Assembly (NCBI GenBank): GCA_963712745.1
Contig: CAVQJC010000015.1
Location: 64,001 to 128,000, forward strand
DNA from: an uncultured Chloroflexia bacterium
Lineage (GTDB): Bacteria; Chloroflexota; Limnocylindria; Limnocylindrales; CSP1-4
Reading direction: 5' to 3'
DNA length: 64,000 nucleotides
The position numbers and the translations under genes are program-made. This document shows positions 17,527 to 27,084 of this stretch, one piece after another. Under the pieces are notes generated by a model. That model was not told the origin of the DNA. It did not search any database and worked only from the letters and a program-made list of their open reading frames with translations. Positions within the stretch are counted from its first letter, which is position 1; each line of letters begins with the position of its first letter.

Positions 17527-20418
17527 ATGTCGTCTGGGGCCTGCCGCGCCCTCGTCGCGCTGCTGCTCACGCTCGTCGCCACGGTGGTGATGGCTATGCC
17601 TGTCGCCGCCAAGGTCGATGCACTCGACGAAGAGTCCGCCGTGACCTACCGGGTCCGCCCCGACAAGGGCAGCATCGACGTGAGCGTCGTGCTCACCCTC
17701 GAGACGCTCGGCCAGAACCGATTCCCGGCGCAGGAGTGGGGACCGCTCGTGATCGAGAACCGGCCCGTGCGGCCGGAGGTCGGCCCGGGCTTCAAGCGCA
17801 TCGAAGGTCCCGCCCTGCCCGGGCCGTGGAAGGAGACCTGGCTCGAGACCCCCAAGATCGAGGGCGGCGGCAACAGCAGGAACACCGTCCTGCGGTACAG
17901 GATCAACGCGCGGCCAAACCTCGACGAGACCCGCAAGGCCGATACGCCGGCACGTGTCGACGAGAGCTATGTCTACTTCTGCGTGGTCGGCCAGGACACC
18001 GACCGCGGCTCGGTGACCGTCAGGATCGACGATGCCAAGCAGTGGCGGCTGACCCAGTCGGGCACCAGGCTGGAGGCCACCAGTAGCGGCTTCAAGTCGG
18101 GCCCAAGCCGCGTTCCCCGCGAGATCTTCACCTGCTTCGAGGGCACCCGCGACGACGAGCTCGCGACCGACACGTTCGTGGGCCCGGCCGATCGACCGGT
18201 CAGCCTGCAGGCCTGGGCCAAGGACCCCCCCTGGCTCGTAGCTGCCGACAACCTCTCCAAGCCGGTGCTCGACGAGATCCATCGCTTCCTCGGACACGAC
18301 ATCCCCGGCAGCGGCCCCGTCGTCATCCGTGAGGCGCCCGATCGCGTCATCGGCGGTTACGCCAGCGCCCACGACACCCCCGGCGTCGTGCAGCTCGACG
18401 AACGCGGCGGCACCGAGGACGCCGAACACCAGCTGGCCCACGCCTGGTTCGGCACGGACAACTTCAACGAGCTCTGGCTGCGCGAGGCCATGGCCGAGTG
18501 GACCGCGACCGCCATGCCCAGCGGCCCCACCTCCGGCGAGGTCTGTGCGGCGGTCGGCCCCAACACGCTCGGGCTCGATCTGTCCGACTGGCAGGTCGTG
18601 CAACCCACATCGGGCGCCGACTACGAGGAGATCATCGCCGCCCAGGAGTTGGCGGCGTGCGGCATCGTCAGCGCCGTGGCCGAGCGCATGCCCGAGGAGC
18701 TGTGGCTCGAGGTCATCGGCTCGATGCTCGCGGGCGAGACCAAGTACATCGGCAGCGCCGGACCGGAGATCGGCGTCAGCGCCGTGGTCGACTACCGTGA
18801 ATGGCTCGACGCGGTCGATGAGCGCGGTCTCATCCCGGCCGCGGCCGATCCGGCCTACAGCGCCAACCTCGAAGACCTGGACTTCGCCCAGGACCTGCTC
18901 GACGAGTACGGTATCCCCAGCAGCGCACCCGAGCTGGCCGCGCGCGCGGAAGCCCGCGCCTACTACCACCAGTTCCTGGCCGATGCCCCCATCGGAGCGC
19001 CCCACGTCGTGCGCAAGGCCATGGACGACTGGCGTTTCGCAGACGCCACGGCCGCGCTCGACACCGCCTACGAGGTGTACCAGGCGCTGACCGAGGCCGA
19101 CGAGCTGCTGCCGACCACCAACCTCATCCCCATCATCCAGCCCCGCTTCGAAGCCGCTCGCAGCGAGGACGAGCTCGAAGCGGTGGGCAAGGAGACATTC
19201 GACCTGCTCGAAGGCGCGACCAGCGTCTTCGGCCCGCTGGGCGACCTCCAGTCGGCACTACCGCTCGGCTGGCAGATGCCCGCGGCCGTGCGCACCGCCA
19301 TCGCCGACCAGCGCTTCGACGACATCATGACCGCCATCACGCCGGCCATCGAGGGGGCCCAGGAAGTGGCCGCGGCGGACGCAGCCTTGCCTGAGGCCGG
19401 GCTGCTCGAGAAGTACAAGGTCCGCTACGAGAACACCACCACGGCCAACAAGCTCGCCGAGCTGGCCGGTGTCGCCGCCAAGGAGCGCGAGGACGCAGAG
19501 CGAGCTGGACGCGCCTACGGCTTCCTGCGCAACGAGGTCGGCGACTGGCAGATCCCGCCGGCGGTAACGAGCGCCGTGGAGAAGGGCCAGATCCGACCGG
19601 CCACGCTGATCATCGAGGATGCGCGGGCCGTGGTCAGCGCGGCGAAGGCAGCCGATCTGGCGCTGGAAGACGCCAACCTGCGGAGCGAGATGCAGCCGCG
19701 CTTCGAGGCCATCGAGACGGGCGCCGACATGGCCGCCCTGCGCCTGGAGGCCGAGACGCGACGCGACGAGGCCGTGGCCGTGGGCAACGCCCTGAGCACG
19801 CTCAACACGCTGGTGCCCACGTGGCAGCTGCCCTCGGTGGTCGCAGACCCCGTCGACGCCGGCGACTTCGCCACCGCCGCGCTGACGGCCGCGGCCGCTC
19901 AGAAGTGGATCAAGGCCGCATATCAGGCGGACCAGGACCTGCCCGAGCTCAAGGCCATGGAGAGGACCAAGCCGAGCTACGAAAGCGCCTCCAGCCTGCC
20001 GGACCTCGAGCAGGGAGCTGAGCTGGCCGAGGACTGGGCCCAGGCCGCCTTCCGCGTGAACCAGGCCATGACCGAGGCCGCCAAGGACCGGGACCTGCTC
20101 ACGAGCTTCGGCCTCTGGGGCGTGGACGTCCAACCGACCCTCGACGCCGCCCTGCAAGCGGCCATCGCGGGCGACGTGCCGGAGGCACTCGCCCTCTCGG
20201 GCGAAGTCCTGTCAGTGCTCGAGGGCGGATCGGCGAGCGGCTCGCTGCGCCTGGCCGGCCTCGTCTTCTTCGGGATCGCCGTGCTCGGCGTGCTCGGCCT
20301 GTGGATCATCCTGCGCCGACAGGCCGGTCCATCGTGGGCCCGCTCGTCGAAGCCGCACTGGATGGAAGGAGGCGGCAAGCGCGGCTTGCTGGGCCGGGGC
20401 AAGAAGAAGGACGACTGA
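17527..20418 (+). CDS. Large secreted, C-terminally anchored protein: degenerate zinc-peptidase domain plus helical repeats
   Basis: Signal peptide; EHQLAHAWF...WLREAMAEW; WQ[MIL]P repeats every 92 aa; TM helix then basic tail. Confidence 0.75.
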   Translation: MSSGACRALVALLLTLVATVVMAMPVAAKVDALDEESAVTYRVRPDKGSIDVSVVLTLETLGQNRFPAQEWGPLVIENRPVRPEVGPGFKRIEGPALPGPWKETWLETPKIEGGGNSRNTVLRYRINARPNLDETRKADTPARVDESYVYFCVVGQDTDRGSVTVRIDDAKQWRLTQSGTRLEATSSGFKSGPSRVPREIFTCFEGTRDDELATDTFVGPADRPVSLQAWAKDPPWLVAADNLSKPVLDEIHRFLGHDIPGSGPVVIREAPDRVIGGYASAHDTPGVVQLDERGGTEDAEHQLAHAWFGTDNFNELWLREAMAEWTATAMPSGPTSGEVCAAVGPNTLGLDLSDWQVVQPTSGADYEEIIAAQELAACGIVSAVAERMPEELWLEVIGSMLAGETKYIGSAGPEIGVSAVVDYREWLDAVDERGLIPAAADPAYSANLEDLDFAQDLLDEYGIPSSAPELAARAEARAYYHQFLADAPIGAPHVVRKAMDDWRFADATAALDTAYEVYQALTEADELLPTTNLIPIIQPRFEAARSEDELEAVGKETFDLLEGATSVFGPLGDLQSALPLGWQMPAAVRTAIADQRFDDIMTAITPAIEGAQEVAAADAALPEAGLLEKYKVRYENTTTANKLAELAGVAAKEREDAERAGRAYGFLRNEVGDWQIPPAVTSAVEKGQIRPATLIIEDARAVVSAAKAADLALEDANLRSEMQPRFEAIETGADMAALRLEAETRRDEAVAVGNALSTLNTLVPTWQLPSVVADPVDAGDFATAALTAAAAQKWIKAAYQADQDLPELKAMERTKPSYESASSLPDLEQGAELAEDWAQAAFRVNQAMTEAAKDRDLLTSFGLWGVDVQPTLDAALQAAIAGDVPEALALSGEVLSVLEGGSASGSLRLAGLVFFGIAVLGVLGLWIILRRQAGPSWARSSKPHWMEGGGKRGLLGRGKKKDD

Positions 20419-20545
20419 CCGCCGGCCCCGCGCAACCGACGCGGCGGCCTCCGTCAGGTTCCGCCGGGCACGTCCTGACGACGGAGCGGACATCAGGCGA
20501 CTGGCGCTGCGCGCCAAGCGCCACTGGGAGATCCGGCCGCCCCGT

Positions 20546-22444
20546 TCAGCGGTCGAGGCTGGCGAAGCCTTCGATGACGACGCCCGTGCCTGAGGAGGCC
20601 GGGTCACTGCTGTCGGTGGGTTCGATCTCGATGGTGTGCTCCCCGCCTCCGAGGTCCAGCACGAGGATGACCTCGGGCTCACCCACCTCGGGTGCATAGA
20701 GGTCGATGAGCGCCACCGCGTCGCCGTCGAGCAGTACCGCCGCGCGACCTAGGTCGGGACCGCGACGGGCGATGATGCCAGCCTGATCGGCGTTGACCAT
20801 CGTGGTCGGCTGGTCACCGTTCGCAGGCACGTCGGAGACCGTGACGCTGTCAGAGGTGGCGCGAGCAGTGTTGCCGGCACCGTCCGCGGCGATGGCGGTG
20901 ACGGTGCAGTCGCCGCCAGGCGTGATGAACGCTTCGGCCTCCCAGCTCGCCTGCTGACCGGGCTCGGCGGAACCGGGCGCCTCCGTCCGCCTCACGCGGT
21001 CGTCACCACAGCCGACCGCGACCGTGGCATCGGACAGGCCGGCCATGGCATCGCGCGCGTCCCAGCGAACCGCCACGGGGATGCCGCCGTCGAGGCTGCC
21101 CTCACGCAGCGCGACCGTGAGCCCGGAGAGATCCGGCGGGGTCTGGTCCACGATGATGCTGTCGCTGACCACCGCAGAGCGAAGCCCGGGACCGTTGCGG
21201 AACTGGGCGAAGACCGCGTGCTCCCCTTCCGTGGCGGGGATGGGCGCGGTCGGAGTGCCGCGGATCTGACTCCATTTCGACCAAGTCTCACCGTCTGGCG
21301 AAGTGCGGATGTGGCTGGCATCGCGACCGCCCAGGTCGAGCTCGACGTCGCCGCCCGCGGTGGCCACGGCTCCACCGGCGATGGAGAACGGCCGCAGCTT
21401 GAGCTGGCGCAAGTCCCGCTTGGTGCCACCGAAGAAGTTGCCGTCAAGACGCCCGACCCCGGGGATGCGCGACAAGCCCGTCTGCCAGAACGTCCAGCCG
21501 TCCCAGCCTGGCGCGAGGTCCGGCGGTGCGTCGCAGCCCCAGCAAGCGGCCCACAGCGGCTGCTGCTCGAAGCCCTCGGCGTTACCTACCACCTCGCGCC
21601 ACATATGCACGGAGGTGTAGATCACCGGCATGCGACCGATGCGCTCGTAGACGCGCGCAACGAAGTCGCGCAGCCGCGTGGCGGAGACGGCGTGGATAGA
21701 CGCGCCGATGGGCTTCCAGCATTCCACGTCCACGACCGGAGGGAGCGCATCCACGATGCCTCCTGCGGCCTCGACGCGGTCGAGGAAGTGATCGGCTTGC
21801 TCTCGACCGTCGAGCGTGTAGTCGAAGAAGTGGTAAGCGCCCGCGGCCAGGCCGGCTGCACGTGCCCGGGCCAGGTTGGTCGGGAACATGGGGTCGACGA
21901 AGTCGTTGTCCTGGGTAGCCTTGATGTAGACGAAGCGATGGCCGGCTGCCTTGACCTTGCCGTAGTCGATGTCGCCGTTGTGGTGGCTGACGTCGATGCC
22001 CGTGATGAACGTGGACTTCGCGGTCGGGGCCGAGACCGGCGCCGCGCCCGACTCGATCTGAGAGACAGGCACGTCGGTGGCCGCTACCAGGGCGAACGCG
22101 CCGGCCTCGGGCACAGGTGAGGCGTCGGGGCCGACCGATGGTTCCTCGGTCGTATCCGTCGAGGCGGCTTCGGCGGCCGGGCCCTCGGAGGGCACCGGTG
22201 ACGGGGTCGGTTCTGCGCCCGGTGGCCAGGGCGGATCCTTTGGCAGCCCCGGGCCCTTGTACTTGCGGGTACCGGCCTGGCAGCCGATGCCCTTGCCGGC
22301 CGCGTCGTAGACCGTCTCGGGATCGGGCTCGGCCGGCTGCAGGGCAGCACGAACCGGCGAAGGGCCGACCAAGAGAGGCCCAGGCAGAAGCAGCAGGATC
22401 ATCGTCAACGCCTGGGCGAGCGCGACGACACGGCGAAACGTCAT
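20546..22444 (-). CDS. Secreted GH25 muramidase (lysozyme) with C-terminal beta-sandwich domains
   Basis: GIDVSHHNG, FVYIKATQ, GAYHF, PPVVDVE, PVIYT, WTFWQ. Confidence 0.88.
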   Translation of the reverse strand: MTFRRVVALAQALTMILLLLPGPLLVGPSPVRAALQPAEPDPETVYDAAGKGIGCQAGTRKYKGPGLPKDPPWPPGAEPTPSPVPSEGPAAEAASTDTTEEPSVGPDASPVPEAGAFALVAATDVPVSQIESGAAPVSAPTAKSTFITGIDVSHHNGDIDYGKVKAAGHRFVYIKATQDNDFVDPMFPTNLARARAAGLAAGAYHFFDYTLDGREQADHFLDRVEAAGGIVDALPPVVDVECWKPIGASIHAVSATRLRDFVARVYERIGRMPVIYTSVHMWREVVGNAEGFEQQPLWAACWGCDAPPDLAPGWDGWTFWQTGLSRIPGVGRLDGNFFGGTKRDLRQLKLRPFSIAGGAVATAGGDVELDLGGRDASHIRTSPDGETWSKWSQIRGTPTAPIPATEGEHAVFAQFRNGPGLRSAVVSDSIIVDQTPPDLSGLTVALREGSLDGGIPVAVRWDARDAMAGLSDATVAVGCGDDRVRRTEAPGSAEPGQQASWEAEAFITPGGDCTVTAIAADGAGNTARATSDSVTVSDVPANGDQPTTMVNADQAGIIARRGPDLGRAAVLLDGDAVALIDLYAPEVGEPEVILVLDLGGGEHTIEIEPTDSSDPASSGTGVVIEGFASLDR

Positions 22445-22492
22445 GTCAGGCGACTGAGCCTACCGGCAGCGCCCGAATCGCGCAGGCGGACG

Positions 22493-25400
22493 CTAGCGCG
22501 CGCGGATCCCCAGGGCATCGGCGGCGGCGGACGAAGCACCACCGGAGGACCGGGCCGCCAGCACCTCATCGAGGCGTTCCAGCAGCACTGGCGACTTGAT
22601 GACCTCGAAACGCTCCCGGACCTCATCCGCCCAGCCATCGATCGAGTGCTCATCAGGCAAGAGCCCCAGCGCGTCCAGCTGGGTGAGGGCCACGTACATG
22701 CGTGAGCCGTTGAGCCCGAAACGCTCGACCGCGCCCTCGAATCCCGCAAGAGCATCCTCGCTCCGGCCCTCGAGGGCCGCGATCCCGGCGCGGCCGAGGG
22801 AGGTGGCACCCTCGACGTAGTTACCCGCGTAGAACTCGTACTCCATCTCGGCGAGACCCTGGCGAGCCGCCTCCAGGTCGCGCGCGAAGTGAGAGGCCAG
22901 CATCAGTCCGATACGGCCCTCGGTCGTGTTCTGCGACTGCACGCTGATGGCCTCGCGATAGGTGCGCACGGCCTCAGCCGGACGTCCCGCGGCCAGTGCC
23001 TCGTGGCCCGGCAGGAGGCGATGCCAGAACAACATGTCCGGGTCCGTGGTCTCCACTTCCAGGCCGGTACGCCGCTCTCGTATCTCGGTCGCGTCTTCGC
23101 CACGCCACACCTGGAACAACTCGATATTGAGCATCAGTCGCTCGCGGTCGATGTTCGACAGGCTGCCCGAGAGCTCGGCCTCCACGTCGCGAATGGCGGT
23201 GTCCCAGTCGAGTCCCTCGAAGAACGCGCCCACGCCGATGGCTCCCGCCAGCCACGTCGACATCTGGCGGATGCCCAGCCGGGTCGCCAGCTGGTACGTC
23301 TCCCGCGCCACTCGGATCGAGGCTATGCCATCTTCATTGAACTGGGTGGCAGCGAGGTTGTTGCGGGCCCGCAGCTCGAGTGCGATGTCCCCCGCCTCAT
23401 GCGCCAGCTCGATGGCAGCGGCCATGAGCACGACGGGCTCCTTGAGCCGCCTCATCCCGCCGAGTGCGGCTGCCTTGTTGACGAAGGCCTCGGCGATGAT
23501 GCGTGTGAGCTTGCGTGGCTCGGCGATGGCGAGGGCCTCGTCAGCGGTCGCCACCGCCGCCTCCATCTGGATCAGCCGCATGTGCGCTCGTGACAGGCGG
23601 GCCAGCATGTGCGCGCGGTACTCGTCGTCCTCGGAACGGTCGGCCTTCTCGATGGCTGTGCGCAGGAACTCGACCGTCTCCTCCAGTCGCGAGGCATCGG
23701 CCAGGATGCCACCCATGAGTGCCGAGGTACGGGCGGCGCCCGTCCGGTCACCAGCCTCCTCGTACCTGGCGATGGCGTCATAGCCCAGCTCGATGGCCTC
23801 CTCGTAGCGGCCCTCGAGATCGGCGGCGGTCGCAGCCCGCTCGAGGAGATCGGCGCGCTCGCCGGCATCGTCGGTGATGCCCAGCGCCTGCTCCAGCAGC
23901 ACGATGGCCTGGTCGGTGGCCCCCAGGTCGGCCGCACGCTCGGCCGCACCCTTGAGCGCGAGGCGCGCCTGGATCCGCAGCGCGTCCGCCTCGGGGCCCG
24001 GATCGGATGCCTCGAAGGCGGCAAGGTAGTGCGTTGACAGGACCCCGGCAAGCTCGTCGTCACCGAGGCCCTCGAAGTAGCGCGCGGCCGCGAGATGCCT
24101 GGCCCGGCGATCGCGACGGCTGAGCGTGTCGTAGGCCACCTCGCGGATGACCGACTGGACGAAGCCGTACTGGCCGCGCTCGGGCGAACGGGGATCGACC
24201 GAGATCTCGAGGAGCTCGCGCTTAGCCAATGAGCGCAGACGAGGCTCGAGCACCGACTCCTCCTGGCCGTAGATGGCGGCGATCGCTTCGGCAGCGAAGG
24301 TCTTGCCCAGCACCGCGGCGTCCTGGAGCAGGACCCGGTCGGAGCCCTCGAGTGCATCGAGACGCGAGGCGATGAGCGCCCGCAACGAGTCGGGCATGGC
24401 CAACTCGCCCAGGTCGCCGGAGGGACGGAACGTGCCGTCGTCGTTGGCCAGCAGCCGCCCATCGGCCACGAGCATGCGCACGGTCTCGACCGCGTACATC
24501 GGGATGCCGTCGGCGCGGGCGAGGATGGTCTCGATCGTTTCGCCTGGCAGATCCGGCACCAGGCCGCGCAACAGGTCGCGCATGTTGGCATCGGTCAGCG
24601 GTTCCAGTCCGATGGTGTTGAACGAACGCGCGCTCGTGCCCCATCCGGGCCGGCGCTCGAGCAGGTCCGGCCGCGCCAGCGTCACCACCAGCAGGGGCAC
24701 GCCCTTGGCCCACTCCATGACGTGGTCGATGAAGTCGAGCTGCCCCCCGTCGGCCCACTGCAGGTCTTCGAACAGCAGGACCGTGATGCCGCGAGTGGCG
24801 ATGCGCTCGAAGAAGATGCGCCAGGCCGCGAAGAGCACCTCGCGACCACCGGCCGGTGGTGGCTCGAGGCCGAGCAGCGTGAGCAGCGCCGGCTCGACCC
24901 AGTCGCGGTCCTTGTCGTCCGGCACCCACTCGTCGACGGTCTCATGGATGCGGCGCCGGGTCGTCTCCTCGTCGTCGCCCTCGAGCAGACCCGCTCGCTT
25001 GCGCACCATCTCGCCCAGCGCCCAGAAGGTGACACCCTCGCCGTAGCTGGGGGCGCGCCCACGATGCCAGTAGACCTCCTCCACGAGCCCGTCGACGTAC
25101 TTCTCGAACTCCCAGGCGAGCCGGCTCTTACCGATGCCGGCTGGGCCGGTGATGGAGATGAGACGAGGCCGCTGCTCGTCACCGATGGCGTGCAGCACGT
25201 CCTTGAGCAGGCGCAACTCGACCTCACGACCGACGAAGGGCGGCTCCAGGCCCTCTCCCCGGCTGCGGCCACCGCGTTCGCCGACGACGCGCAGCGCGCG
25301 CCAGGCGGGAACCGGGGCGGCCTTGCCCTTGAGCAGCTGCTCGCCGGCCACCTCGAAGGCGATGGCGCCCGAGGCGGCCTGCATCGTGGCCTCTCCGACC

Positions 25401-26050
25401 AGCACCGTGCCAGGCGGCGCCGCTCCCTGGAGGCGGGCAGCAGTGTTGACCAAATCGCCCGCGACCATGCCCTGGTCGGTCGCGCCGACGGTGACGGCGG
25501 CTTGGCCGGTGAGCACGGCCACGCGCGCCTCAAGGCCCTCGCCCAGGTTGCGCACAGCCTCGGCTACCTCCAGCGCGGCGCGGACCGCTCGCTCAGCATC
25601 GTCTTCATTGGCGCGCGGCGCGCCCCAGGCGGCCATCACGGCATCGCCGATGAACTTCTCCACGTGGCCACCGTGGTGCTCGATGGTGTGGCGCGTGGCC
25701 TCGAAGTAGCGCGTCAACGTCTCCCGGACGAGCTCGGGATCGCGGCCCTCGGAGTACTGGGTGAAGGCCACCAGGTCTGCGAAGAGGACCGAGACCAGGC
25801 GACGCTCTGCGATGGCGCCAGCAGCCGGCGTGGGGGTGGGCCGGTATCGCGCGGGCGAAGGCCACGCCGACGGACTCAGTGCCTGGCCGCAGTCACCACA
25901 GAAGCGAGCGCCAGGTCGGTTCTCAGCGCCGCAGTCGGGGCAGCCTGGGGCCAGGCTGGCGCCGCACTGGTCGCAGAAGCGGCGGCCAGCCGTGTTCTCG
26001 GCGGAGCATTTCGCGCAGGTGATGATGACCGGGCTCTCCCCTTCCCCCAC
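22493..26050 (-). CDS. Class III nucleotide cyclase with double zinc ribbon, AAA/STAND ATPase and TPR-like repeats
   Basis: CxxC pairs; VLFADLVAFT, EKFIGDAVMA, GDLVNTAARLQ; FVGR..EL, GPAGIGKSRL, FEDLQWAD. Confidence 0.92.
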   Translation of the reverse strand: MGEGESPVIITCAKCSAENTAGRRFCDQCGASLAPGCPDCGAENRPGARFCGDCGQALSPSAWPSPARYRPTPTPAAGAIAERRLVSVLFADLVAFTQYSEGRDPELVRETLTRYFEATRHTIEHHGGHVEKFIGDAVMAAWGAPRANEDDAERAVRAALEVAEAVRNLGEGLEARVAVLTGQAAVTVGATDQGMVAGDLVNTAARLQGAAPPGTVLVGEATMQAASGAIAFEVAGEQLLKGKAAPVPAWRALRVVGERGGRSRGEGLEPPFVGREVELRLLKDVLHAIGDEQRPRLISITGPAGIGKSRLAWEFEKYVDGLVEEVYWHRGRAPSYGEGVTFWALGEMVRKRAGLLEGDDEETTRRRIHETVDEWVPDDKDRDWVEPALLTLLGLEPPPAGGREVLFAAWRIFFERIATRGITVLLFEDLQWADGGQLDFIDHVMEWAKGVPLLVVTLARPDLLERRPGWGTSARSFNTIGLEPLTDANMRDLLRGLVPDLPGETIETILARADGIPMYAVETVRMLVADGRLLANDDGTFRPSGDLGELAMPDSLRALIASRLDALEGSDRVLLQDAAVLGKTFAAEAIAAIYGQEESVLEPRLRSLAKRELLEISVDPRSPERGQYGFVQSVIREVAYDTLSRRDRRARHLAAARYFEGLGDDELAGVLSTHYLAAFEASDPGPEADALRIQARLALKGAAERAADLGATDQAIVLLEQALGITDDAGERADLLERAATAADLEGRYEEAIELGYDAIARYEEAGDRTGAARTSALMGGILADASRLEETVEFLRTAIEKADRSEDDEYRAHMLARLSRAHMRLIQMEAAVATADEALAIAEPRKLTRIIAEAFVNKAAALGGMRRLKEPVVLMAAAIELAHEAGDIALELRARNNLAATQFNEDGIASIRVARETYQLATRLGIRQMSTWLAGAIGVGAFFEGLDWDTAIRDVEAELSGSLSNIDRERLMLNIELFQVWRGEDATEIRERRTGLEVETTDPDMLFWHRLLPGHEALAAGRPAEAVRTYREAISVQSQNTTEGRIGLMLASHFARDLEAARQGLAEMEYEFYAGNYVEGATSLGRAGIAALEGRSEDALAGFEGAVERFGLNGSRMYVALTQLDALGLLPDEHSIDGWADEVRERFEVIKSPVLLERLDEVLAARSSGGASSAAADALGIRAR

Positions 26051-26208
26051 TCAGGTCGGGCAGGGTACCCGAAACGCGGCCACAAGGACCAGCAGGCGGG
26101 TCAGCGTTCCTGCAGTCCGCGCAGGAGCATCGAGACCACAGACGCGCGCGGATCCGGCTCCACCAGCCAGCCGGATGGCTGAGCCGGGTTCGATGATGCC
26201 CTCGAGTG

Positions 26209-27009
26209 CTACTCGTCCGCTTCGGGGTCGCGTGGAGGTGGTGGCGGTGCGCCCGGAGGAGGTGCGCCCGGAGGAGGTGGGCCCGGAGGAGGTGGCACGT
26301 TCGAGGCCGGGGGCCTGGGTAGATGGCCCGGGGCACCCGCGGCCGGGGGCCTGGGTAGATGGCCCGGTGGACCCGATACCGCTCCGGGCGGAGCGGGCGC
26401 ATAGCCCGGTGGTGGGGGGCCCACTGGCGGCGGAGCCATCGGCCGGGCGGGCGGTGGAGGAGCGGGTGGCGCAGCGCCCGCTGGAGGAGCAACTCCTGGC
26501 GGTGGGGGCGCAGACCCGGGTGGGACGGGCGGAGGCCCAGCAGGTGGCATGGCCTGCCCGGTCGGATCAGCGCCCGGAAGCAGCTCGTCCCACGAATCCT
26601 CGGTCAGACGCCGGCCTCCGACGGCAGAGATGCCGCGCCGCTCGGGCTCACGGATGGGATGCACAGACGGCGTAGAGGCACCGGACTGCGCTCCGGGGAC
26701 GGGCGGCGGTGCCGGGGGCGCACCGGAGGGCACGTCGTCGTAGATGTCATCCCGCGCCTCCACATCGAAGCGCTCCATGATGCTGGGCGCGTCTTCGGTC
26801 TCGATGGGGTCGGGCTTGGTGATATCGCCGAGCTGCGAGAGGTCGACCGTGATGCCGACGCGCTGCTGGCCACCTGCGACCTGGCTGTACTGATCGTCGA
26901 ACAGTCGCGCGCTCGCTGACTTCGCCTCTCGACACTTGTAGCACTTGTTGGCCGGCAGGTCGTTCAGACTGCTGCAGCCTTCGCAGATCCACCACTTGGC
27001 CCTTCCCAT
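26209..27009 (-). CDS. RanBP2-type zinc-finger protein with proline-rich tail
   Basis: W-I-C-EG-C-SSL-N-DLPANK-C-YK-C; poly-Pro C-terminal third. Confidence 0.7.
   Translation of the reverse strand: MGRAKWWICEGCSSLNDLPANKCYKCREAKSASARLFDDQYSQVAGGQQRVGITVDLSQLGDITKPDPIETEDAPSIMERFDVEARDDIYDDVPSGAPPAPPPVPGAQSGASTPSVHPIREPERRGISAVGGRRLTEDSWDELLPGADPTGQAMPPAGPPPVPPGSAPPPPGVAPPAGAAPPAPPPPARPMAPPPVGPPPPGYAPAPPGAVSGPPGHLPRPPAAGAPGHLPRPPASNVPPPPGPPPPGAPPPGAPPPPPRDPEADE
26251..26367. repeat. Coding tandem repeats (3 x 15 bp; 2 x 27 bp at 36-bp period)
   Basis: gcccggaggaggtg[c/g] at 26251, 26266, 26281; ggccgggggcctgggtagatggcccgg at 26305 and 26341. Confidence 0.85.
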
Positions 27010-27084
27010 GGGTACAGGATAGCGAGCCCACAGCCACCTTCACCGCACCACACGACAACGCGCTCCCACCCGAAAGGCACCGCC

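Noticed and set aside
16894-19005. Long antisense or alternate-frame ORFs (e.g. 16894-19005, 40429-42300, 24722-26182)
   Set aside because: Shadow ORFs expected at high GC; they overlap well-supported genes and carry no recognisable motifs
20546-22444. Prophage lysis module
   Set aside because: The GH25 has a signal peptide, and there are no holin, structural or integrase genes around it
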